From Octopus bimaculoides (Eukaryota), in assembly GCF_001194135.2 (NCBI RefSeq), contig NC_069004.1:1138618-1202617 (forward strand): 64,000 bases of DNA, given 5' to 3'. Within the stretch, counting starts at the first letter, position 1, and each line of letters opens with the position of its first letter. The notes under the pieces were generated by a model. The model was not told the DNA's origin and ran no database searches. It worked only from the letters and a program-made list of their open reading frames with translations. A program made the position numbers and the translations under genes. Shown here piece after piece: positions 23,990-36,172 of the stretch.

Positions 23990-24235
23990 GCCATTTTGGA
24001 CAAACAGGCAGGAAGAAAGAAAGATGCCAAGGGCTGTGCCAAACAACAACTCCTCATCAACAAAGCTGTCCTCAAGGAAGCCAAACAGCATCACTGGAAC
24101 CTGTTGATTGCATTGCTGGACTATGAAAAGGCATTTGATTATGTTCCCCAACCATGGATATTACAGTCTTAAGCCTTACCAAGGTTCCAACTGCTATACT
24201 TAATGCCATTAACAGACTGATTACAAAGGTAGTAC
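23990..24235 (+). mobile_element. R4/Dong-clade non-LTR retrotransposon RT fragment
   Basis: AILDKQAGRKKDAKGCAKQQLLINKAVLKEAKQHHWNLLIALLDYEKAFDYVPQPWILQS* matches the R4/Dong RT pattern (QKG....GCKEQL.ID.....A......L..AW.DY.KAFDSVPH.WI). Confidence 0.75.
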
Positions 24236-26811
24236 TAAGGGTCGATGAACATGTTAAGCTGACAGATCTTCATGGCTGGACGTAAACGTGCAGATGCATG
24301 TTTAAAACTGACCAACTGAGGCCTAACAAAAGCAACAACAACAACAATTAACTGATTATTGTCAAGTTAACGAGGAATCTACTAATTAGGCACTTAACCT
24401 GCAAGAAATAGTAATCAAATATGTCTTGAAATCGTGCTCAGCCATCTTGAAAAAAGAAATTTCTCTAATTACTACTAATAGCACCTTGCCATTAGTTGTA
24501 ATTACACGTCCATGAAACGCATGCTATTGATACCATGGAAACCAGTCAAAAAGAAACAGGTATTTATGTTGAAATTTAAGAGATATCTCCTTGCTTCCCC
24601 AGCCTCCATACACGTGCACACACACAAGCACTGGCAAAAGTAATTGAGGATCTTTAAGGAAAAAAAAAAAAATCAATAATTATTTATAAAATAGAGACAA
24701 GTCTAGCAAAACAGTATCCAGTTTTTCTTTACTGAAGTACTTTTATTCACTGAAGTAAGAATAGTTAAATGCCTTACCCAAGGGTATAAGGTATTGCCTG
24801 TGGCAAGATTTGAACCTCTCTCTCTCTCAGCTAAGTTGTTAAGTACCTTTAGTCAAGTGACAAAAGTATAAAGTAATAACGCTCTCATAGGAGACTGGCA
24901 ACAGTATCCAGCCTTGCATGGGTTTATAAAAAGTATCAGGAAAAGGCACAGAGTGTATACTGTGTCCCTATGCAAAATTTGGGTTACTTAGGGGCAGAAC
25001 TGTGGCCTGCATCTTGGAACAAGTGTAAATTCATTCATAATTATATATTGGTGGTTAACAACAGATGAGGGTTCTGCAATTTCTTGCTGAATGACCTGCA
25101 CAAATGATTTTATAGTGATCAAATGCTCATGCCACACATTAGCTCATTCTCTCCCTCAAATTGACATTACCTGTACAGTGTGTGTGCATATGTGTGTGTG
25201 TATGTATGTGTGTGTGTACACACATGCTTGTGTTTCCTCACCACTACTACCAACTGACGACTGGTGTTGGTTTGTTTACATCCACATAACTTAGCAGTTG
25301 AGCAAAGAGAAAGATAAGTACCAGATTTAAAAAAACAAAAAGTTCAGGGGGTCCATTTTGTTCAACTAAACCCTTCAAGTTCGTGCCCCAGCATGGCCAC
25401 AGTCCAAAGACTGAAACAAGAAAAAGATAAAAAACAAATATGGGATTAGAACATTTTCAGTGGTTAACGAGCTACACTGTGTTGGATTTACCTCTTCTAC
25501 CTGCTGCTGCCGCTAAATTGTTTTAAGATTTAGATAACGAGGTTTTGGCCATACTGGAGCTGAACTGTGTTTCTATTTAGCCTGAATCTAATTTCACTGG
25601 CTGGTTCATTTCGTAGGTGTGACATCTGTCGATCACTCAGTTTGATATTCTGCATATCAGATGAGTGTGTGTATGTGTAAGTGTACAAGTGTGTATGTGC
25701 TTACATTCCACACTTGAGCAAAACAGTGGTGTTACATTGACATCCCCAGTTAACAGATTGTCCTGAAAGTTTGCACTTTTGAAGAGAAGAGGAATAAACA
25801 AATCTCTTGAAAAACAGGCAAAAGTTTATTGACAGGAAGGACATCCAGTTGCAAAATAATGCCCCACTTAATAAGTATTTGTCCAAACCATGTTAGCATG
25901 GGAAAATGGATCGATAAATGTGTACTCTGTAAAGGGATTGGCATTAAGAAGGGCAGCATCCAGCTGTCGGAACCATGTATAGACTGACAGTAGAGCATCA
26001 TGTAGTCCTCTGGCTTGCCAGCCCCTTATCATGCTGTCCAACCCATGCCAGCATGAAAAGCAAACATAAAAGAACAGGGGTGGTCGTCTCAGGTAGACTG
26101 ATTTTGAAAGGGTTAGAACAAACACAATGGAAAGATAAATCATAAGACCAGGATATATTTCTGTTGAAATACATTCCCTCTTTTTCAATGAATTCCAGAA
26201 ATAATGAAAAATTTAGTAAAATATCTTTGTCATAATTAAGCTGGTACTTGAAATATAAATGAATAGATTTTGATAAAAGCTCTTAATTTAAATCACTTTA
26301 ACCGTTTTGTTAGATTTCTGTTGAAACACTCTGCCTTGGTTTCAACTAATTTTGGAAATTATTAAGAATTTAGTAAAATAGCTTTGTCATTATTAAGTTG
26401 GTGCTTGGAGCATAAATTAGTATGGAATTTTGACGAGAGTTTGTAATTTAGATAATTTTAAAACAGGAAGTTTGTATAAACCTACCTGGGTTCAGGTAGG
26501 TTAGTATTGGAAGGGTTAATCAGTGCAAGTTCACATTTCAAAATATTTTATGTATTGTTTTTATTTTTTTTCTTGAAGGAGGAAATTTCCTTAAAAGAGG
26601 GTGACGCGTTAGTGAAATACTACAACAGAAAACTTTAAATAAATGTTTCACTGTAATTGTCTAGCACTATTTTTACACAACAACAGCTGTGGCACAAAGA
26701 AAGAATCGAAATAACCGAAAGACTTGATTTTTATTGATTTTAAACTGTCAAATGATTTTCTCATTGATTGCTGTTCCTACATTGAGACTTTCAGCCATTG
26801 AGTTATACTTG

Positions 26812-26864
<53 letters not shown>

Positions 26865-26871
26865 AATGATA

Positions 26872-27065
26872 TCACTATCCTTGTCATCATTTAACATCCA
26901 TTTTCCATGCTAGCATGGGTTGGACAGTTTGCCAGGAGCTGGTAAGGCCACAGACTACACCAGTCTCCACTGTGTTTCGGAATGGTTTCTATGGCTGGAT
27001 GCCATTCCTAACATCAACCACTTTACAGAGTGGACTGGGTGCTCTTCATGTGGCGCCAACACTAG
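26872..27065 (-). mobile_element. Family-3 SINE
   Basis: catcatttaacatccattttccatgctagcatgggttggac...ggctggatgcc.ttcctaac. Confidence 0.88.
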
Positions 27066-27094
27066 TATTTATTACACGATACCAGCACCAGCAT

Positions 27095-27445
27095 GTGTAT
27101 ATATTGCGTTAGTTGTACCATTCGAATGGTGCAGGGGCCCACTTGCCATCGGGCAATTTGGCATGTGGGCCCTTGCAGCATTAGAATCCATATATGGGGG
27201 TCCGTGTTAGTATCTAAGGGGCCCATCCCCTCAAGTTTGAGAATTCTTTCATTCACTCCTGAAAAAAATGCATTAATTATTTCAGTTTGGCTGTGTTTAT
27301 AAACAGTTGAAAAAAATACTTTTAACAAAAAAAACAAAAACTAAATGATAGCATTGTAGTTGCCGGTGGGCCCCCTCGTAGTTGTGGGAGAGCCCCCTTA
27401 GTCTCCTGGCAACCAATGTTTTTAGACCCAGTCTGCCACTACATG
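27095..27445. mobile_element. GGGCCC-rich MITE-like remnant
   Basis: GC-rich island with multiple gggccc, an internal inverted repeat at 27136-27173 and a TIR-like right end cccagtctgccacta; the left TIR is not seen. Confidence 0.55.
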
Positions 27446-28004
27446 GATGTGTTTGTAACAATGTGTTGATGGTACTGAGATTGATTTCAATAAAATAACC
27501 ACAAAACCTGAACACAATAAATACAACCTAATTAATAAACCAGCTGAAGGTCCTCTATGCTTTCACTTGACTAGCTAGAAACAACAGCACAATCTTCAGC
27601 GAATCATATCCTACCATCATATAAAAATAGAAAGGACACATTAAACAATGTAGTCTTTTGTATACAGTAAGATGGGAGGGTCATGATTGGATTGCTTCTG
27701 ATCATAGTGTTTGCTCACTTAGGGCCAAGCTGGAACTGAATACCAGCACTAATATATGTGTGTGTATTTGTGGGGACATGTGTTTGTATTTTGTATGCAA
27801 ATGTGTGTGTGTGTGTGTAGATATCTGTAGATGTGTGTGTGTGTGTGTGTGTAGATATCTGTAGATGTGTGTGTATGTTCATCTGTGGGTTTGTGAGAAA
27901 GATATTTTCACAATTAGCTTTATTAGGATTGGTACCTTATCTATGAATGAGTCTCTAGACACCAAAGAAAATAACCTTTCCCACATGATGCAGAATGCAT
28001 GGCT

Positions 28005-28390
28005 GAGGGGTGAAGAAGTCTGCTTCCCAACTAAGTATTCTCAGGTTCAGTCCCACTGTGTAGTAGCTTGGGCCGATCAAAACCTTCAGAGTGGACTTGG
28101 TTAAACAGTAACTGAAAGAAGCTCATTGCATATATATATATGTGTTTGTGTGTGTGTTCTTGTTTTGACATCATGCGATAGTTGTAAAAGAGTGTCACTG
28201 TCTTACAAGTGGTGTCTGTTGCCAATCTGTCATGAAAGCAAGTCTAGTTGTGGAGGAAACACTACTTTGTTTGGAATCAAGTAAGGGTTGGTGACAGCAG
28301 AGGCACCTGACGGTAGAAAATCCACCTTAGTGAATTCTGTTTGATCCACGTCAGCATCGAAAAAAGTGGACATTAAAATGATGACTCTCT
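28005..28390 (+). mobile_element. Family-1 SINE head with alternative module-C tail ending (GAT)n
   Basis: After the internal TA/TG tract it continues ttgacatcatgcgatagttgtaaa...gtggacattaaaatgatga. Confidence 0.85.
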
Positions 28391-28394
28391 TTCT

Positions 28395-28449
<55 letters not shown>

Positions 28450-29469
28450 GATGCGTTAACCTTTGTGTGGTAAACATGGAGATTACATATCTGAGCCATG
28501 GTTCCATTCAATTGGCCCTTCAGTCAACTCATGTGTCAGCTGTTGTGTATTCTAATTTAGGGCTGACCGAATAAACGGCTCTCTCTTGTCTTATATAAAG
28601 GCAGGACATGTGGATCTCTGTAGTCTTACATATACAAACACTAAATGGTCTTGACTGGAATAACTCTGATCATATGGCAAGGTCAATCAAAGCTGATACG
28701 GGGTCGTCATTGTTTAAACCACCCCTCACCAACAACAACTCCTGAGGGGACTGTTGCATGGTTGCTCAACCAATTAGAAATAGCAGCCAAATCTTTCTTA
28801 AATCAATCATACCTCACTATCTTAAATACAGGAGGGACAAATTACACGATGTATTCCAAGATACAACAGCAAACCCATCCTGCCAAATCTTTGGAATTCT
28901 ACAACATATAAACCTCCTAGAATGTAGTGACCTCAATTACAACCCCTAATAATCAAAACTTCCTGCATTCTTCACCATTTATCTTACCACAGAGCTGTGC
29001 CCTTCTCCTTTAATGATCTTTGCAACTCAGACAGAACTTGCTCACTGGATATTGATCCAACATAAACACACTCAAATCAACCTCCTGTAGATACATCAAC
29101 TTTATCTTCCCATCAAGGCTCCAAGCTGTATCCCCTAATTTTTTTTCCTTACTCAGTTCTCTCTCTTTCCAGTGACTTCCCTCCCGATTCCTCTCCTTGA
29201 CTAGGGTTTTCCTTTCAAAAACATCCAACTTAACCTGCAATACTTTCAAGCTAAATTACTTACCCCCTGCAATTTCAGTTATTCCTAGCCCTACAGAAGG
29301 GCCTGATAATGTTGTGATTATTTTCCCCACTTTCTGAGAATGAATGGGGAGGGGAGGGGCAATAAGGAAAAAAATACCTACCCCCTAATCCTGTCAATTA
29401 ATTTTGACCGTAACCCTTAACCACTAGTTTGATGTAGTTGAGACTAGTCAGCTGTTATCTATCAACTAA

Positions 29470-29940
29470 AACATTACATTATCTACCCGGTAGAACATGT
29501 AGTTGTTTTATCAGCTACCCTAGTATCTGCAGCAGTATTATCTACCCCCTAGTACATGTAGTGGTATAGTCGACCCCTAGAACATGTCGCTGTATTATCT
29601 ACAACTTAGTACATGTAGCTACATTATCTACCCCCTAGTACATGGAGGTGTATTTTCTATCCCTTGTTACATGTGGCAGTATTATCTATTCCCAAGTACA
29701 TGCTTTATCTACCTTTGAGCACAAGTAGCGGTATTAGCTATCCCCAGTGCATGTAGCTGTATTATGGACTCCCTTAGTACATGTAGTTATACTGTCTAAC
29801 CCCAGTTCATGTAGCTATATTATGTACCCCTAATACATGTAGTAATATTCTCTATCCCATAGAACATGTTACATTGTCTACCCCCGGTATATGTAGTTGT
29901 ATTATCCATGCTCTACTCCATGGTTGCATTTTCTACCCCA
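29470..29940. repeat. Diverged minisatellite, about 29-bp unit, roughly 16-17 copies
   Basis: Consensus approximately tagtacatgtagctgtattatctaccccc. Confidence 0.88.
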
Positions 29941-30439
29941 CCACTGAACCTGTCATACCAAGTTTACCCACGATTGCATGATTGTACTATCTACATTCGA
30001 TTCCACCTAGTTTACCCCCCAAACCACTAATACAAAGATGTATTACCTACCTCTCTCCCTGTCCCCTCCCAACCTAGTCTATCCTTTAATGCACACATTT
30101 ATTCACAATCTAATTTTTCAATCTAGCCCTTTAAATAAACAGTCTCCCCTACCTTCTCCTCTTGCTTCCCCCTAAATGTTTTCCTACCACGGGATCACAG
30201 ATGCTGTATATATAAAACATGCTTTTAAATTCTGTCGACCTCAGTGTTTAGTAGTTTTTCTTTTGCCGACAATCTCTGTCCAGCATCCAACACGTGATGA
30301 GAAAGTCTACCATGACATCATCATCAGCGTCATCGCCACGCCAACAAGGATTAAAGGAAAAAGAGACTCATTCGGATATGTTTGTCATGCTGTGTGTGAG
30401 TTTGGAAATATGTAGAAGGGATATGTGTCAGACGGTGCT

Positions 30440-30809
30440 TTGAGCTATGCTGGAGAGGCATATTTTGTACACGACAGCGTGATGAGGTGTGGTAGAGGTT
30501 ACCTTTGTACATGGGTACTACAAGGTGTGTTGGAGAGGTACAGGAGTACAGAAATATTGTGTGGTGTGTAGACGAGGAATGTGTGTGCACACCGGTGCTT
30601 TCGTGGTGTGTTGAAGTGATACAAGAATTCAGTGATACTGTGAGGCATGTTGGAGAGAGATATACGTGTACACGGGTGTTGTGTGGTGTGTTGGAGAGGA
30701 ACATGCATACAACAATGTTGTGTGTTTGTTGGAGAAACACATTTGTGCACGAGTGTTGAGTGGTTCGAAACTTGAAGTAGCATGGAATCCAAATCAAACT
30801 GTTTTGAAT

Positions 30810-30863
<54 letters not shown>

Positions 30864-31320
30864 TATGTATGTATATATATATTGTTGGTGTATCATATAT
30901 CTCAGCACAGGGCAGTAATGTATTTATAAGTAGTTAAGTTTATGTCCAGTCATAGACTGACCAATGGTTTTGCACATATATATATATTCGTATACTGGGG
31001 ACTGTGGAATGGTGCATCAGAAAGGTACATGTATAACACTGGTATCATGAGGTGTATTGGAGTTGGACACATGAACATGGGTGCTGTCTGGTGTCTCAGA
31101 GACACCACATTTTGTAAACTGGTACGATGTGGTATGTACATGTGGTGTGTCAAAAAAAGGTACGGGTGTAATGGACCAGAGAGGTACTGTGTGGTGTGCT
31201 GGTAAGGTATATGTACGCGCGTGTGTGTGTGTGTAAACTGGTGTTGCATGTTGTGTTAGAAAGGCACATGTGTGAACTGTTGTAGTATGATGTGTTGGAG
31301 AGGTGCATATATACACTGCA
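30440..31320. repeat. Highly diverged TG-rich minisatellite, about 40-bp unit, split by a (TG)n tract
   Basis: Recurrent tgtggtgtgttggagagg..catgt at about 40-nt spacing in 30440-30770 and 30990-31320. Confidence 0.7.
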
Positions 31321-31979
31321 TCAGTGTATGTGCATGCGTGTAAACGTTTATACGAGTGGTGTAAACACGTACGTCATGTTAACAGAATTTTAAGAAACAG
31401 AACCAGTCAGAATATTTAAAGTTAGGCTTTCATACAACGAGTACCTCTACCCCTTATATTTAGATGGCGGGGCTAAACAGTCTCTGAACCTGTATAGTAG
31501 TAGTTATAGAACACATGTCTGGCTAACTAGGTAAATAAACGTTCGGTTTTGTAAAAGAGCTCATTATTTTAAATTCAAAGCTGAATCTAATAATTAAAAT
31601 GCACACACATATATACATACATAACGTACTGCAAATACAAACAGGCATGTATACTGCACTCATTCTGAATACCTCATGCATGCATAATACATGGTGCAAA
31701 CTTTGCAACAGAATGAACACATGGAGACAGTAAAACATGGGCAGAAATAAGAACAGTCACCCACACATATATTATCTATGTAGCGAATAGAGAGAAAAAT
31801 AATCTATAATTTTAATGTAAGAAAAATTAAAACGATTATATAAATATATATATATATATATGATGGTATGTATATTTTTGAAAGAACATCAAGAGAAAGT
31901 TAACAGAAGACATAATGTTTGAAAGAATAAGAAAAAGAAAAGTAACGAAAAACAGAAGCATTAAATTTAAGGTGCTCAC

Positions 31980-32297
31980 CCCATCTGAAAAAATTATAGG
32001 CTGAGCCGTGGTTGTGCTTATTTCCTGGACAGGAATGTCCTCTTTAATTTCTTCGTTCAGCGAAGAGGGTGTTGTCACATTGGAGCCGTTGGCAGGGCTA
32101 TCTGGCGTTTTCTTTTCAGCAGCTGTAGGGACTTGTCTTTTACGCCGGGAATTGTCTCCGAACTGGAGTGATTTGTTCTCATCACAATCGTCAACAACGT
32201 TGAACATGGAAGTTTTAACACGGGGCTTCACAGGACTGGATGTCGGCATAAAGAACATGGGTTCCGAAGTGCCATTCTTGGACGGAGTCCCAGACAT
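31980..32297 (-). CDS. Coding exon of an unidentified, probably secreted or membrane protein (Ser/Thr/Pro-rich, furin-type RRKR site)
   Basis: Open frame MSGTPSKNGTSEP...DNSRRKRQVPT...QPIIFSDG with sequons NGT, NKS, NGS, NVT; higher GC/CpG than flanks; frame runs into a canonical donor GGG|GTGAGC (GT at 31979-31978, phase 0). The true 5' boundary is uncertain: ATG at 32297, or acceptor at 32373 with an in-frame TGA at 32360-32358. Confidence 0.7.
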
Positions 32298-33268
32298 GAT
32301 GCGATATTTCCAAGGACACCAAGTTGAATGGTTGAGGTTATGGAAATCGTGGAAGATTCAGTGACTTAAATTACTCGAAAGAATTTTTTTGAGGAAAAAA
32401 GTTTTCGTTGAGGTGCTGCTGAGTACGGTTCGTTAAGGACGGAGTGTCAGGACCCGGAGTATAAGTAGCCAATACCAGTAGTGGCAATGGTGGAAGTGGT
32501 GTTGGTTGAATCAGCAGCAGTAGAAATGGTAAGGGTAGGAGCAGTCGTAGAGATAGTAGCGAGGGTAGCAGTATTAGTACAAAGCACCTGTAGCAGTACC
32601 GTTGACAGCAGCCATACAGCTTAGCTTAGACGGGAGTGCGAACAGTTACTAAGTAAGAATGGCTAGACTGCCTCTGCGAGGGAATCTAGTGGGCCAGTTT
32701 GAAATAAAGTTTGTATATAAACAAGGATACGTTTCCGTCGTTTTTCATGCACTCATATCTTCCAACAAGAAATATTATCAATTACTATTTAACCAAAGAA
32801 ATACATGAAAACATCAAAGCTTCCGACCGAAATCCTTTAACGCTAACCAAAATGCAATATTATGCAGACGCAGGGTGGGGTGGGTGGNNNNNNNNNNNNN
32901 NNNNNNNNNNNNNNNNNNNNNNNNNNNNNNNNNNNNNNNNNNNNNNNNNNNNNNNNNNNNNNNNNNNNNNNNNNNNNNNNNNNNNNNNNNNNNNNNNNNN
33001 NNNNNNNNNNNNNNNNNNNNNNNNNNNNNNNNNNNNNNNNNNNNNNNNNNNNNNNNNNNNNNNNNNNNNNNNNNNNNNNNNNNNNNNNNNNNNNNNNNNN
33101 NNNNNNNNNNNNNNNNNNNNNNNNNNNNNNNNNNNNNNNNNNNNNNNNNNNNNNNNNNNNNNNNNNNNNNNNNNNNNNNNNNNNNNNNNNNNNNNNNNNN
33201 NNNNNNNNNNNNNNNNNNNNNNNNNNNNNNNNNNNNNNNNNNNNNNNNNNNNNNNNNNNNNNNNNNNN

Positions 33269-33314
<46 letters not shown>

Positions 33315-33649
33315 CACATACACACATATGTATGTATATATGTATAGGAGTGTGCGCGCGCTTTCCTACTTATAATAAAATGCATTCATTTGCAAACGAA
33401 AGAAAATAAAGCACCCAATACATTGAGTAGAATTTATTAATATAATATTACACACACACACACAACTTACGTTTCTCCATTCGAACCCCAATCTCCATTT
33501 TACTCTCTTTACAAACAGATACATTAAAAAATACATTTTTGCTTTTGTTTTATTTTTTTTAATTAAAAAAAATTAGATAAAGGGAAAGATTTTACTAAAA
33601 TTTATTAGTAGATAAACATAATACAGGCAGCAGACAGTCTCTCTCTCTC

Positions 33650-35600
33650 TCTCTTACATATACACGTGCGCGCGCGCAGTTTCTCCCCCCCCTCTCTCAC
33701 ACAGGTATGTGTCAATGCGCGAAGTTAATGGAGACTACATGTGCAGACAAGCCGCCGCATCATCATCACCATCAACGTCAGTGGAATCGAGCCAACCATG
33801 GAGCCCGTACATAGTCGCAAGGCCTGGTAGAAATATCAACCAACTTTCCGTCGAATTTCACCCGGCCGCCCTAGATAAAGCAGACATTGCAAAGTCCCTA
33901 ATATATATATAAGGACAGGACGGTCACGGCCAGAACGCCTTTAATCTCATAGGTCTGGCTAAGCAACACCAGCACCGTCAACAACACCACAAACCAGCTA
34001 CAAGAGCGCAAGGGAGTGGGGGGGTAATCGATTTCTCTGTCGTCTGCTCCCAGCAGACAACTTTGGCGACATCTCTTCCCACCACATCGTTTCCTTCCTC
34101 GCTCCTGTCTCCTCCTCCTCCTCCTCATCGCCGGGTTCGTCATCATCCACATAGCAGGAATCATTGTGGCAAAGAATGTGTCGAGGAAGAATGCAAGAAG
34201 ATGAAGAATTGGTCAGATCAAACTCTAAAGGAATCAAGTTATTCCGTTTCGCTTTCTATTCTCGATATTCCTTTATTCCTTTGTCCTTATTCTGTCAAAT
34301 CTGTATTTCTTTCGCTCTATTCGCTTTATTCTATATTCTCTCTAATCTCAATCTTCTCTCGCCTCTATTCTTCATTCTATCTCACCTTTTATTCTCCCGC
34401 TTTTATTCTGTATCCTCTCTAGTAACTATTTCCTTAACCCTATTCTCTCTATTCTTTTAATCCTCTGATCACTATTCTCTCGCTTTTACTCTCTAGTCCT
34501 CAATTTTCTCTATTCTTTTATTCTTTGGCCTCTGTTTCGCTTTTTCTCTCTCCAATCTCTCCGTTCCACCGTCACTCTTCTAATCGGTTATTCTTTCATT
34601 CTCAAGTTTCTCTTTCCTCAGATTTATCAATGCTGTCATTTTGAAACTGAAAGCAAATCCTAGAAAACGCTGCTAAACGAAATATCTACAACAATGGATG
34701 TTGGCTGCAGTAGTAGTAGTAGTGGTGGTGGTGGTGGTGACGTTGATGGCAGTATTAGTGGTGATGGTTGTAGTAGTAAATACAGCAGTGGTAGCAGTGA
34801 CGAGAGCCGGCGGCGAGAGTGCACACACTTTTCCACTGATGACATGAGCAACAGCTGCAATAGTGTTGGTGTGTGTGACAGCAGCAGCAGCAGTAGTAGT
34901 AGTGGTGGTGGTGATGGCGGTGGTGGGAAAGTAACAATGGTTGTAGTCACCGCGGCAATAGCACCTGATGCAAGAGAAAGGAAAGGGTATAAGGTAAGCC
35001 GGCTGGTGAGGTAGTAGTAGTAGTAGTAGTAGCTGTTCTTGATACAAGAGGAGAAGGGTGGGGAATGAGCGTGAAATAAGCCGGTAGTTGTAGTAGTAGT
35101 AGTAGTAGCAGTAACTATGGTGATCTGGCGGTATCCAGTTGGAAAGAAAAAAAAAAATGTTGCTGTCATATCTTCTGCTATTAACTATACAGGTTCCGGG
35201 CCAACGTCTAAGCATGTGTGACTGATGACTGATGTTGGGTCTGGTAATAATAAGAGCGATGGGTGGGGCGCAATCCTGCCACCCCCCACCCCCAAACCGT
35301 CACTCCACTCTCACCTATTTCGATAGGTAAGAGCAGGGTAGCTGTGAGAGAGAGCGAATATAAACGGGAGGAGGACAAGAAAGGGTGCGTGATGAGAGAG
35401 CCCATACCCCTCCCACGTCTTCCAAGAGGAGGAGAATGAGAAGGAAGGAAGGAAGTAAAGAAAAAGGACCGGCCGGTGGAGGNNNNNNNNNNNNNNNNNN
35501 NNNNNNNNNGGGGGGGTTAGAAAGACGCGGGAGGTGCAAAGAAGCGTAAGAAAGAGGCGGGGTTGTAGGCGAGGTTGATTTCACAACAGCAACAACAAAA
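33650..35600 (-). promoter_or_regulatory. CpG-rich putative promoter / long 5' UTR of the minus-strand gene
   Basis: Highest CpG density in the window; GCGCGCGCGC and CACGTG near 33663-33678, GA/CT-rich tract 34240-34620, triplet low-complexity; lies upstream of the 31980-32297 exon. The TSS cannot be located. Confidence 0.45.
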
Positions 35601-35779
35601 AAACAAAGAAAAAGAAAAATCAACTCATTGTAAAGAAAATTACCCCAAGATTTAGTCACCTTTAAGTTTTTGTTGTCTGGCACCTCACATGTCAAAGTCA
35701 GCCCTGATCCAGCTGACCTGTGATTAGAAAGCATTCCAATCATGACCTCCTCTTCTGACACCTGACCACATTGCTCAAA

Positions 35780-36172
35780 GATTTTTTTTTATTTTGTATC
35801 TTTTACTTGTTTCAGTCATTGGACGGTGGCCATGTTGGAGCATCCTCTTGAAGTGTTTTACTGAAACAAATTGATTCTAGTATAGATTTTAAAAAAAGTT
35901 TGGTACTTATTCTATCAGTCACTTTTGCCAAACTGCTAAGTTATGGGGAGGTAAACAAACTACCACCAGTTATGTGGTGGTGGTGGTGGTGGGGCAACAG
36001 CAGATACAAAGCCACATACGCTGAGCTTCTGCACAGTTTCTGTCCATTAAATTCATTCACAAGGCATTGATCAAACTAGCATTAAAATAGGAGACACTTG
36101 CCCATGGTGCCACACAGTGGGACTGAACCTGAAACTACACGATTGCAAAACGAGCTTAACCACATAGCCATG
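35780..36172 (-). mobile_element. Family-1 SINE, full length, module-B tail
   Basis: atcttttacttgtttcagtc ... cttaaccacatagcc. Confidence 0.9.

Noticed and set aside
24181-24327. Another TGA-containing minus-strand exon candidate (ttttgttag| ... TTG|GTAAGG), and a stop-free one at about 24653-24536
   Set aside because: The first overlaps the antisense of the R4 RT fragment and the second includes a TG repeat. They show that such candidates arise by chance, which weakens the TGA-chain hypothesis.
29470-29940. Regularly spaced repeats resembling a CRISPR array
   Set aside because: Contiguous diverged units with no unique spacers, eukaryotic context, no cas genes.
32008-32364. 118-aa plus-strand ORF
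   Set aside because: Antisense shadow of the minus-strand exon; the splice donor and composition favour minus.
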